From Candidatus Harpocratesius repetitus (lineage in GTDB: Archaea > Asgardarchaeota > Lokiarchaeia > Sigyniarchaeales > Promethearchaeaceae), in assembly GCA_021498095.1 (NCBI GenBank), contig JAIZWK010000001.1, positions 1,320,001-1,352,000 of the forward strand: DNA of 32,000 nucleotides, given 5' to 3'. Below, piece by piece: positions 8,987 to 18,700 of this stretch (positions within the stretch are counted from its first letter, which is position 1; each line of letters begins with the position of its first letter). A model generated the notes under the pieces. The model searched no databases. It saw only the letters and a list, made by a program, of their open reading frames with translations, and was not told the origin of the DNA. Both the position numbers and the translations under genes were made by a program.

Positions 8987-9424
8987 TTATTTACTTTTTT
9001 GAGCTTTAACTGTAAGTGCTCGACTGGTTATATCTTGCAAAGATTGAATTATTGTTAATAATTGGCTCATATATAAATTTTCACCTACAGATTTATTGAT
9101 ATCTTTTAATTTCTCAATTGCATCTAATTCTTCTTTGGTAATCGATTCCAATGACTTTTCATCCCATAATTTTTGAATTTCATTAGCAACTTGTGTATGA
9201 ATTTTTTCAAGATCCTCTTGAGTATTTGCCCGACCTTTCTTAATTACTTCGATTATTAAACGCATGTTTTCATTAACATTAGTAAGGCTTTCTGTTATAT
9301 TTTTGGAGTTTTGTTCAATTCGACGATTGAGTGCTTCGATTTGCGCAATTGTTCCATCCAAATTTTGGGTAATCTGGTTGATTTGGTTGGAAATTTGCTG
9401 TAAAATATCATTATTTTCTGCCAT
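8987..9424 (-). CDS. Coiled-coil hypothetical protein, paralog of 9457..10077
   Basis: Heptad-rich, Q/N-rich helical sequence, colinear with its neighbour (DILQQI/DLLQNI; EIQKL/EIAKF; KLKDINKS/RLKKITKT). Confidence 0.75.
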   Translation of the reverse strand: MAENNDILQQISNQINQITQNLDGTIAQIEALNRRIEQNSKNITESLTNVNENMRLIIEVIKKGRANTQEDLEKIHTQVANEIQKLWDEKSLESITKEELDAIEKLKDINKSVGENLYMSQLLTIIQSLQDITSRALTVKAQKSK

Positions 9425-9456
9425 TTTTTTTCACATCCAATTTAATATTTATTTTG

Positions 9457-10077
9457 CTATTTTGGAGGAGGATTCATTCCTGGTGGAGGATTGATCTTTG
9501 GTGGTTTCTTTTTTTCATTTGGTTTTGGTATCTTTAAATCTGGTGTTTGATTTTTAGAAAAATCGAATTTTGATTGAGGCATCGGTGTTTCATCTATTTT
9601 ACTTGAAGTGTTTTCAACTGGATTTGATAATGAAGAATCAACTTTTTCTAAAAGACTCTCAGAGGATTCCGTATCATCACTTTTTAAATTACTTTTCTTC
9701 AAACCCTTTACACCTTCTAAAACTTCTTTCAAAAGTATATCTACTGTTTCGGGTTTCAATGCTTCCTCAGATGTTTTTGTAATTTTCTTTAATCTCTGTA
9801 AAACTTCATCCAAATCCTTTAATCCTATCTTCTCTCTAAATTTGGCAATCTCCTGCACAATTGTATCTCCAATTTGCTGAAAGATTAAGTGTTGGGCTTC
9901 TCCTTCCCGTTCTACACTTTCTGTCATTGAATGGATCGAATTAACAAGCGAATCAACCCGATCAATCAAATTCTGGTTTAAATTGTCAATACTTACTTGT
10001 AAATTTTGAATTACTTTTCCTAATTGCGAAATCCGTGCATAAATATTCTGTAATAGGTCAGTTAACATTTCTGACAT
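9457..10077 (-). CDS. Coiled-coil hypothetical protein with S/E-rich linker and proline-rich tail
   Basis: The start is placed at ATG 10077 (MSEMLTDLLQ) by alignment with the paralog's N-terminus; the ORF track gives 10131. The protein ends PPKINPPPGMNPPPK. Confidence 0.75.
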   Translation of the reverse strand: MSEMLTDLLQNIYARISQLGKVIQNLQVSIDNLNQNLIDRVDSLVNSIHSMTESVEREGEAQHLIFQQIGDTIVQEIAKFREKIGLKDLDEVLQRLKKITKTSEEALKPETVDILLKEVLEGVKGLKKSNLKSDDTESSESLLEKVDSSLSNPVENTSSKIDETPMPQSKFDFSKNQTPDLKIPKPNEKKKPPKINPPPGMNPPPK

Positions 10078-10306
10078 GATTATCAATCCTTTTCTTTTTC
10101 CATACCCCGATTTTTTTTCTCTAATGAACATTTAATCATTACAGTTAAAATATTTTTATAATAAAAAACGATTTTTTTTTACAATCGGCAGTTAAGATAA
10201 TTCTATTTATATAACCAATTATTTAATTTTCCATTTCAGTTCCATAAAATTTTTAATTTTTTCTGTGCTTCTCATCTTAATACTCTTAAGAAATAATTTA
10301 ATTTTT

Positions 10307-10426
10307 GGGATTGTTGCTTAGCCCGGTCAAAGCGCTAGTCTTATATGAAATAAATGCATACAATGAAATAACCGCATTTATTACTAGGCTAACTAGAAAT
10401 CGAGAGTTCAAATCTCTCCAATCCCA
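10307..10426 (+). tRNA. tRNA-Ile(UAU) with a 45-nt intron at canonical position 37/38 (intron 10346..10390)
   Basis: Acceptor GGGATTG/CAATCCC + A73, D stem GCTT/AAGC, anticodon stem CTAGT/ACTAG, T arm GAGAG-TTCAAAT-CTCTC. BHB central helix CUUA(10340-43):UAGG(10385-88) and intron stem AATAAATGC(10349-57):GCATTTATT(10374-82). The anticodon is TAT at 10342-44. Confidence 0.9.
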
Positions 10427-10506
10427 TGGTTCTCTAAGATTTGCTAAATTTTGTAAAGATCGGATGAATTCAAAGGTATAATGAACAAAAAGGATTTGAC
10501 GCCTTA

Positions 10507-11337
10507 CTAAACCAAGAAAAACTCCGAATTTTTCAACTTTTTTTTGAATTTTAGAATGATAGCCTGAAGCACTGGATCTGACGGCGGCAGTTTCTGCTGC
10601 AAATATGCCATAATACGGGGTGTTGCGCATTTTATTAGCCATTCAATGTGCTCTTCGGTAAAGCCGTTGGGAAACCGCACATCTTCATGATTATAAGGAG
10701 AATCATCCACAAGTTTAAAAACAACCGTTTCAACGTAGTTTTCAAAAAAAGGTGCATACTTACCTTCGACGGGCGGTGGAAGATTAAAATCTGTGTTGCC
10801 GGTGGCTTGTGCAACATACATTTCGGCTAAATCTCCGAGCGTGGGGCAGTACAGCGGAATGTGGGCGCCGGGATGTTTTTTGCACCAATGCTCATACGTA
10901 TAAAATTCCGGCACTTTTACTTCATCATTGCAGGGAAAACAGTATTGAATTTCATGTTTAAATGTCGTCCATTTATGAGGCATGCGTATTCCTTTTTTGT
11001 ATAGTTTCAAAAATCTTTTTTTATCAAATCCATGATATGAATAGGCTTCATATCTTTCCTGTTCACTTTTTGATAATGGAATTCTTTTTAAATCATTTGG
11101 TGAAAATACCCGATATGGATTCTGTTTTCGCCATAAAAAGCGTAAAAACCAGTAGATATCGACCGGAAACCCTTCTGAATCGTATTTAATCCAATTGGGA
11201 AGTGGAATCGGGAGCCAAAATCTTTCTCCATCTCTATGTATTGGAATAGGCCTTAGATCGATGCCGTAGCGCCAGTAATAATCGCATAGAGTAAAATGAT
11301 AGCCTGTACAATTTGTAGAGAGGTAATGTCGTAGCAA
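10507..11337 (-). CDS. Hypothetical protein (W/Y/P-rich N-terminus) with a C-terminal domain shared with 26840..27532
   Basis: 276-aa ORF. Internal homology to the C-terminal ~98 aa of 26840..27532 supports it being a real gene. Confidence 0.75.
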   Translation of the reverse strand: MLRHYLSTNCTGYHFTLCDYYWRYGIDLRPIPIHRDGERFWLPIPLPNWIKYDSEGFPVDIYWFLRFLWRKQNPYRVFSPNDLKRIPLSKSEQERYEAYSYHGFDKKRFLKLYKKGIRMPHKWTTFKHEIQYCFPCNDEVKVPEFYTYEHWCKKHPGAHIPLYCPTLGDLAEMYVAQATGNTDFNLPPPVEGKYAPFFENYVETVVFKLVDDSPYNHEDVRFPNGFTEEHIEWLIKCATPRIMAYLQQKLPPSDPVLQAIILKFKKKLKNSEFFLV

Positions 11338-11451
11338 CTAAAGGTATTAAAAAAAAATTAGAATGGGGAACATTCAACCTTACTTCTTATAATCGCTTAA
11401 ACTATAATTTATATATAGGTAGGTGAAGGGATTATCAAATCGCATTTAGGT

Positions 11452-13983
11452 ATGATAAAGAGTTTTTTTATTATATTCTTGCTTAATATCATATTTTTAG
11501 GATTTTCAAATACTGCAGTTCTTCATGAACTCACATTACTTCAGGATGATTCTTCGAATTTTAGTCAGATGAAAGAAAATGAAAATTCTACTCCTTTTAC
11601 TTCAACTATTTCCTTCACCGATTTGTCGAATTCAAGTGGTATAATTGGGAATTCATTTTTTCATTATCAATGGGATAACTTCACTTTGGAATCAGAGAAT
11701 TTCACAGATATTTCTACCTATTCAGATTGGTTTTTATTAAATAATGGGACTTCAGACGTGTGGGTGGAGATACAAACAATCACTAATCTTTCTTATTCAT
11801 TTGGAGGAAATACAAAATATTTTACATTTGAAATCTTTGAAGATGCAGATAACAGTGTGCTAGACAACTGGAAATATAATATTTCTGAATTTGAATCGAT
11901 TTATTGGCAAGGTTATGAAGATTATTATTGGAATAATTATCAAGATGACTGGATGCAGTATGAAGATCCCAATTTAGAACAACCAGATTATGATCTTACA
12001 GGAGATTCTTCAAATGATAGTTATTATGATACTTTTTCCATGGAAGTTTCTGATTTTTATGAGAACTCAATTTGGGGAGATCAAGAAGATGGGATAAATA
12101 ATTGGGGATTTAGCGATCAATATGTGCAAAACTTGCAAGCTTATGAAATTATGCGCGATTCTCTTAGCGGTGATGAAAAATGGTGGTTCTTTAACGTATA
12201 TTTAGAAGATTGGACGGATGAAACAACAGGAACAATTGGATATAAATGGATAGATCTTGAATCTGGGCAACAAATCGACCCTACTTCAATAAATTGGAGT
12301 CCTGTGTCTGGTTATGAATATGATTGGGAGATTGCACAGTGGATGCAAACTAATGAAACTATTAATCAAACTTCAGAATGGGCTTGGTTTTCCTATGATT
12401 TGTCACAATGGGTGAGTTGGAATGATTTAGTCAGTGATTCAATTGATTTTCTCATTACGACAACTTCATTTACAGGAATGTCTCTTTATAATGATACAAA
12501 TCAAAATGGGATTGCTGAAGCATTTTATGATGTTGTAGATAGTGGAAGTGGCTCTTCAAATGGCCTTTATTATGATCGAGATCAGTCGGAGTATATTTCG
12601 TACATTACCATTGATTCATTTCAAGATGTAGTTTTTAATCTTGATTATTTGCCAGATTCAGAAAATTTGAATTTTTCTTTAACCTTTTCTGGTGTTACTT
12701 TAACATCGGAACCTTATGGTTATGATTACGAGTCGATTTTATATAATGAGGTTGATGAATGGGGGAATGAATCATGGTTCGATGATAATTCTACGAGTAC
12801 ATCACCTTCTCTTTACAATTCTTCAACATCATTTTATCTTGAGAATATGACCATTGCATGTTCTTTTCAAACTTCTGAATTAGATAATGTGAATAATGCT
12901 TCAACATTTGGTATTAAGCATCAATTAAGTGATTTCTTATATAGGACAAAACACAGTTTTGCAGGTGATATGTTATCTGGATTAGGGATTACTATGGATT
13001 ATTCCGTTTCTTCCCAGCAATTTTCAAATATTGTTTCACTAAGTGAACCTACTACTTCCTACAATCTTGCTTCAGTAGATGTTGATGGTGATGTCAATAT
13101 ACATGCAAATAATTCGACTATTATACAAATGGAATTACAACAGAAGTATTTTTGGGGAAAGAACAACAAAGAATATTGGAATACTGTTGCATTATCCCCT
13201 AGTTATGGCTTTTCAATTCACTATGGGGATTTAAATTTTGGTATGGCTAAAGATTATTCTGAGCAAATGGCTCCATATTTCTATAGTTTATGTTTTGGAA
13301 ATTGGGAAGGATATTCAATTATAATGGATCCTACATTCACTAGTTTTCTTACAGTTGAATCTGTAAATTCTGAATTTTCCCCGATTCCTGGTCAAAATAA
13401 TTGGCGAATATCAAATGTTTTAATAATTATTTTTCTTTCCTTTGCTGTTGTATTCGGAATTTTGATGTCTAAACAAGAATATCGCGCTTTTTTACTCAAT
13501 CGTGTGATGTTTCTGGATACAGGTGCCCACCGTTTAAGTATGGAGGATGTATTAGAAAATGAAAATCGATCAAAAGTGATCGATTTAATTGTAGAAAATC
13601 CCGGTATTCATTTCAGTGAACTTTTACGACAGACCCAACTTGCTCCTGGGAATTTAAATTGGCACCTTGAGATCTTGGAACGGTATAAAATCATAAAGAG
13701 CGAAATTGTTGGTAAATATGTTATGTATTTTCCTTATCATGGGAAAAATCCATTATCAAATATTGATTTAAAACTGCAGAAAAGTAAAACCACAATGGAA
13801 ATTTTAGAAATCATACAAACGACGCCAGGATTGAGCCAAAATCAAATTGCAAAAAAAATTGAAAAAAACCATAAAACTGTAAAATATCATTTGGACAAAC
13901 TTATCAAAGCAGATTTAATTAAAAAGCGACAAGAGGGTCGAAAATCCTTACTTTATCCTACAATTGAAGATCTTGACTCTTAG
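11452..13983 (+). CDS. Membrane-anchored transcriptional regulator: signal peptide, ~640-aa acidic ectodomain, one TM helix, cytoplasmic tandem wHTH (COG3398/ArsR-MarR-like)
   Basis: N-terminal hydrophobic signal and TM VLIIIFLSFAVVFGILM (~13417-13467). Two wHTH follow: NENRSKVIDLIVENPGIHFSELLRQTQLAPGNLNWHLEILE and KTTMEILEIIQTTPGLSQNQIAKKIEKNHKTVKYHLDKL. Confidence 0.85.
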   Translation: MIKSFFIIFLLNIIFLGFSNTAVLHELTLLQDDSSNFSQMKENENSTPFTSTISFTDLSNSSGIIGNSFFHYQWDNFTLESENFTDISTYSDWFLLNNGTSDVWVEIQTITNLSYSFGGNTKYFTFEIFEDADNSVLDNWKYNISEFESIYWQGYEDYYWNNYQDDWMQYEDPNLEQPDYDLTGDSSNDSYYDTFSMEVSDFYENSIWGDQEDGINNWGFSDQYVQNLQAYEIMRDSLSGDEKWWFFNVYLEDWTDETTGTIGYKWIDLESGQQIDPTSINWSPVSGYEYDWEIAQWMQTNETINQTSEWAWFSYDLSQWVSWNDLVSDSIDFLITTTSFTGMSLYNDTNQNGIAEAFYDVVDSGSGSSNGLYYDRDQSEYISYITIDSFQDVVFNLDYLPDSENLNFSLTFSGVTLTSEPYGYDYESILYNEVDEWGNESWFDDNSTSTSPSLYNSSTSFYLENMTIACSFQTSELDNVNNASTFGIKHQLSDFLYRTKHSFAGDMLSGLGITMDYSVSSQQFSNIVSLSEPTTSYNLASVDVDGDVNIHANNSTIIQMELQQKYFWGKNNKEYWNTVALSPSYGFSIHYGDLNFGMAKDYSEQMAPYFYSLCFGNWEGYSIIMDPTFTSFLTVESVNSEFSPIPGQNNWRISNVLIIIFLSFAVVFGILMSKQEYRAFLLNRVMFLDTGAHRLSMEDVLENENRSKVIDLIVENPGIHFSELLRQTQLAPGNLNWHLEILERYKIIKSEIVGKYVMYFPYHGKNPLSNIDLKLQKSKTTMEILEIIQTTPGLSQNQIAKKIEKNHKTVKYHLDKLIKADLIKKRQEGRKSLLYPTIEDLDS

Positions 13984-14270
13984 TTGAATTAAATCTTCAT
14001 TTCCTTTAATGAATAAAAATTGAATAAAAATTGTCTCAATAAAAGGCCCTATACTTTTTTATAGTGATTTTGGATGATAAAAATAGATTGATATCTTTTA
14101 AGATTTTAATGAAAATTGAATAATTTATTTAAAAGTATCAGAATCTACCTACTAAATTAGTAATGTTGAAAAGGATGCTAACTATAATCATTACTTTCTA
14201 TTCTTATTTCCACTTTTTTCATAGGATTAATCTTGTAAAGTATCGTGATATCTGGCAATTCTTTTTTTGA

Positions 14271-14335
14271 CTTCAAAAAATTGTATTTAGTAATTTGAAG
14301 GTGGTTGAATTAAGATGAGAAAAATAAATCTTGTT
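14271..14335 (+). repeat. Left copy of a 65-bp direct repeat (right copy at 19540..19604)
   Basis: cttcaaaaaattgtatttagtaatttgaaggtggttgaattaagatgagaaaaataaatcttgtt. It matches the right copy at 60/65 positions, with a 40-bp identical core (14290-14329 = 19559-19598). Confidence 0.95.
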
Positions 14336-14385
14336 GCTCGAAACCAATATGGGTTTAGGGGTTTACAGAATATACAATTAAGGCT

Positions 14386-14682
14386 TCAGAAGATATTAAA
14401 ATGCTCCTTTATTATATCCGAATCATTATTGAAAGTATAACAAAAAAAGGGAAAATTTAGTACAAAATCTATTAAGGTCGGATCATTGCCAATTAATTTT
14501 TTATCCGTTTTTTTTTTCTGTTGAAATAGTGCAGCCGCTTTTACGGTATTATTTGAATGTTTTATCAAATTTCTCTGCTCAAAATTCTTTCCGGCTATAT
14601 ATTCCGATAAAGATATTTCGTTAATATCCGAGGTTTTTATTTTAATTTTACTTGTTGACTTTTCTAAATGTGTTGTTCTCAT
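14386..14682 (-). CDS. Small hypothetical protein or gene remnant
   Basis: 98-aa ORF starting 12 bp after the LRR-like gene. No recognisable motif. Confidence 0.35.
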   Translation of the reverse strand: MRTTHLEKSTSKIKIKTSDINEISLSEYIAGKNFEQRNLIKHSNNTVKAAALFQQKKKTDKKLIGNDPTLIDFVLNFPFFCYTFNNDSDIIKEHFNIF

Positions 14683-14694
14683 TTATCAGAAGAT

Positions 14695-15585
14695 TTACAT
14701 TATCAATTCATAGCCGTTTTTTAATTTAAATTTAGGCCGAAAGTTTTTTGCCCACCTTATATATTCCTCTCGCAGTTCTTTTTCTGGAATTTGCTCTGCA
14801 GCAATTAATGCATAATCCATAAATTTAATCCGCTCTGCAGTCCATGTGGTTTCAAACCCGTATTCTTCAAAAAATAGTTTCTCCCACTCCTTATAACGCT
14901 CGATATTCTCCTGCTTTCGGGGATGGATGAACGAATCAAAAATCAGCATAAAATTTTCGCTGTTTTCAAACTGGGTGCAGTCCCAGAACTCAATCGGCAG
15001 AAAAGAAATATGAGGAATATGAGGAAGATTTGAAATGTTAATCCATAATTCAGGATTATGGGTGAATTCAATCGGAATCTCCTTAACTTCGCGCAAACTC
15101 CATAATTCCAATTTTTCTAATGAAATGCTGAATGCCCAATTGATGGGAACCTGCTTCATGCGGTGCTTTCCATCATTTTTGGACGGCAGCGTTATTTTTT
15201 CACCATCGAACATTTTTTCATGCCACTCGCAAAGAAAATCTTCATGAATAGAAATATTGCGTAGGCGATAGCAGTGGGCGAAATCTATGTTGTAGTCATC
15301 TAAAACTGCAGCAATTGTTCTGAATTTTTCCAAATATTGGTATTGATCGCATTTTAGGGGTATTTTCAGATTAGGATATTCAAAAATAAGAATTGATTCT
15401 ATTTTCGGCGGCCATTTAACCACCCGCAGCTGATTTTCTCCAGATATTTCAATTTCTCTGCAGTTGGTAAAAGCCGAAAAATCCGCTTCATTATTGGGAT
15501 AAATACATTCATATACTTCTAATCTGTAAATTTTATCCACATCTTTCAATTTTTTGATATCGAAAACTTCACCTGCAATTGTCAA
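14695..15585 (-). CDS. Leucine-rich-repeat-like protein; probable true start TTG at 15629 is one base out of frame across an A10 tract
   Basis: LRR-like segments (FTNCREIEIS, YLEKFRTI, CYRLRNISI, SLEKLELWSL). AGGAGG at 15646-15641 precedes TTG 15629, which is 44 nt upstream of the in-frame TTG at 15585. Confidence 0.6.
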   Translation of the reverse strand: MTIAGEVFDIKKLKDVDKIYRLEVYECIYPNNEADFSAFTNCREIEISGENQLRVVKWPPKIESILIFEYPNLKIPLKCDQYQYLEKFRTIAAVLDDYNIDFAHCYRLRNISIHEDFLCEWHEKMFDGEKITLPSKNDGKHRMKQVPINWAFSISLEKLELWSLREVKEIPIEFTHNPELWINISNLPHIPHISFLPIEFWDCTQFENSENFMLIFDSFIHPRKQENIERYKEWEKLFFEEYGFETTWTAERIKFMDYALIAAEQIPEKELREEYIRWAKNFRPKFKLKNGYELIM

Positions 15586-15766
15586 TACTTTTTTTTTTCA
15601 TCGTGATAATCGTATCTTGTATATGCCAAAGTATTAATTACCTCCTTAACCCTTCTGCTTTCATTAATTTTTCTTTTTTTCCTGCATACCTTTATTTTCT
15701 TATCCAATATATATAAAAAAAAAAACGATATTAAAAAATTAACCCCCTCTTCTGCGAACTTATTTT

Positions 15767-18700
15767 TTATCTGACAAATCCCTCAATCGCATCCAAATAT
15801 GCATCAAAATTGTTCATGGCACTTTCATCGCTATATTCTTCATAGTATAAGCGCATTTCGTTCTTGTATTTTAGATAGTATGCGAAACACTGCTTCAGCA
15901 TCATTAACTGCGAATTTGAATTGAATATGCTCACGGGATTTTCTATCTGGGCATACCACCGGTCGAGTCGGGAGTCAAATTGAATGTTGCCGTTCTCATC
16001 TAAAGTGGGAACGAAGTATTCAATTGATTTCTTCTTACTTATTTTAATTGTTATGGTTTCACCTTTTATGCCGAAGGCCTTAATGATGCCTTCAATTCGG
16101 TTCCATGTGGCAATGTATGCATTTCTAGTACTATCATGGCTTGATTCCATCATCAACTTAATATCGTTGTAAAACTTTTTCTTTTTTAAATATGAATCTT
16201 TCAAATCCTGCTCGGATGAATGCAGCGTATACTGCTCATAAACCCACTTTGCCAGCACGGATACTGAGTCTCGAATGCTCGAACCTTGGAAATCGACAAG
16301 ATTGCGGAGGTTGAAAAAGGCTCGACAGTCTTCAAGTTCAATCAACACCATTTTAGAGGCATCTCCACCAATTTCTGGACTTTTCATCATCTTCGTAAAT
16401 GTATTGATACCATCTTGATTTTCAAATATGTTTATCATGGATAAGCCGTTCTGGAAGGCGGTCCAAACCTTGCGCACCTTTTCTGTATAATATTCAATAT
16501 TAGTATCTTCTACTCCGTGCATTCCCACGCCGTAAATACCGGGATACCGCCAATTAACCGCACCGCCGTCCGCTCCGAGTAAGTTCAGCATATTCTCAAA
16601 TACCAGAAAATCCATAACGAAGCGCTCAATTCCATTATTTATATCGGGTCTATTGGTTTTATAATATTCTTCATTCACCGGGTCCCACATATCCATGGAA
16701 AACTGCGGAATTATCATAGAATAGGGCGAAAGCGTGGTAGGGACAATGTCTTTAACGGCATCTGAAATGGGGGTGCCGAGTTGGAAAAATTTAATTTTAT
16801 GTTCTTCGTCATTTTGAATTTGACCGACCATACTTCCGAACACCAGCACTTCTCTGCCGGAACCTATTACTTCGCTTTTAGCCATTCCGAATTGTATGAA
16901 ATTAGCAATAATGGCGTTTTTTTTGGCACCGATAATGATAACTGGGTCGGGAATGGCGCTGGGGGGCACGTAGTAGTGATGATCATCGACTACTTTTTCT
17001 TTTAAATATTTTTTAACATAATTATCATTTTTTTTAGCTTTTGCTATATTATTTTTAATCAGATAGTCAATTGTAGAACGGAGTGCCTCGATATTGGTAA
17101 AAAGGGATGCCAAAGAAATCCATGCTGCCTGAAGCAGTTCCCATTCATGAATTTGTGTGCCTGATTTTAAATTGTTGACATCTATTAATCTTATATCTTT
17201 AATGAATTGTAAATACTCACTGTATCCAAGTCTTTTCTGCAAAAATTGGGTTAAATAATCAGCGGCACCGCCTGGATTAACTGAAATTTTTTTCTTAGAA
17301 TAAGAAATCGTGGAAATATCGGGAACCGAATAATGCATACCGTGAATTTCATTTTGACTGTATCCCTGCGATTCCAAATCGGCGTAGTAATTTTCCCAAA
17401 AAGCAATCTGCTCTTCTTCGGTTAGATTGGCCGGAAGCTGCGGAGCGGTAAAGTTTACCCAGTAGTAGTCTGCATCCGACAACCATATGAAATCATAACT
17501 GTGGGTGTCGGGTGAGGGATAAAGATCGGAAGGAACATCAAGTCCGTAATAGGCTCTGGCTAAAGTTGTGCCGTTTCGATAAGGATCATTATGAATAAAT
17601 GCAATTCTGCTGTAGTAATCCTCTGCCCAGACGATGAAATCTGCATCTTCTACATCATCAAGGAAGTAAAGTGTGTCGCTTGTGTATCCCTGCTCGAATA
17701 AATTGTGAACCAGTTCAGCATGATTTTCCATAGGTTCGTGCAGATAATTTTTAATGTAAAATTCAAGTTCTTTCTGCTGAAGTGTATGCATTAAATACTC
17801 GAAACGGTATTCATCAAGCGTTTCGGGCAGATTCAGCATAGAGAACTTATATTCAGCCGATGCAGTTGGTGGTAGATATGGATAACCATCTGGTGAAAGA
17901 TCTATCCAAGGTGTAATCATCTGCCAGAAAGAAATATCTAAACCGATAACATTTCCTGAATAAAAATCGGGTCGAATTGAGGGGCCTTTTTCGAAATATG
18001 CTTCTTTTAGTTGATACCAACCTTTGGCAATGAAATTTTTTGATTCATAAGTGTAATCTGGAGAATTGCCCAACTGAGGCATTTTTTCAAACTCTTTTAC
18101 GCCTAATAGACCGAGAATATCTTGAATGGGTTCCCGCAGCCAAAATCGGTAAACTGTATCCATTGCAAAATATGAGATGAATCCGGCTACCGCTCCAGCC
18201 AGCGGTGCTACAGGGCCCAAAGGTGCAGCTATGGTAGTTACTGATGCTCCAACATATCCCGAGACCGTTGAAACATAAAACTGCTCGGTTAGATCAAGTA
18301 AATATGAAGCGGTAAATCCCGTCTTAAAACCTGGAATATTCTCAAGCTGCCACTCATATGCTTCACGGGCGTTTGCGAATGCATAATTGCTGATTTCTTT
18401 CCATCCGTATACCGAATACATCTAATAAAGCGGGAATAGTTCATCACCGGAGGCAGCATAATCAATTGCATTGATAAATGCTTTCTGTTGTCCGCTTCTG
18501 CTGGTATATATCGCAATCGCTAAATTATCTTCCATCGACTTTTCAGTAAAGATAAATCCCGTTTCATAAGTACTATCTCCATTCAAATCGGCCCAGTAAA
18601 TTGTGCCTTGTTCATATAAAAGTAATGGAGATTGAATCACACCCCTTTTGGAGGTGACCATTGTTGGAGAAATCGGAACTTGAACATTTTCCTGCACGAT

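Noticed and set aside
10340-10346. Alternative reading of the tRNA as Met/Ile2(CAU) or with a shifted intron
   Set aside because: The bases are CTTATAT, with no CAT in the loop, and only the 37/38 placement gives a complete BHB motif.
10298-10642. 114-aa minus-strand ORF
   Set aside because: Runs antisense through the tRNA-Ile gene and overlaps the end of 10507..11337 out of frame.
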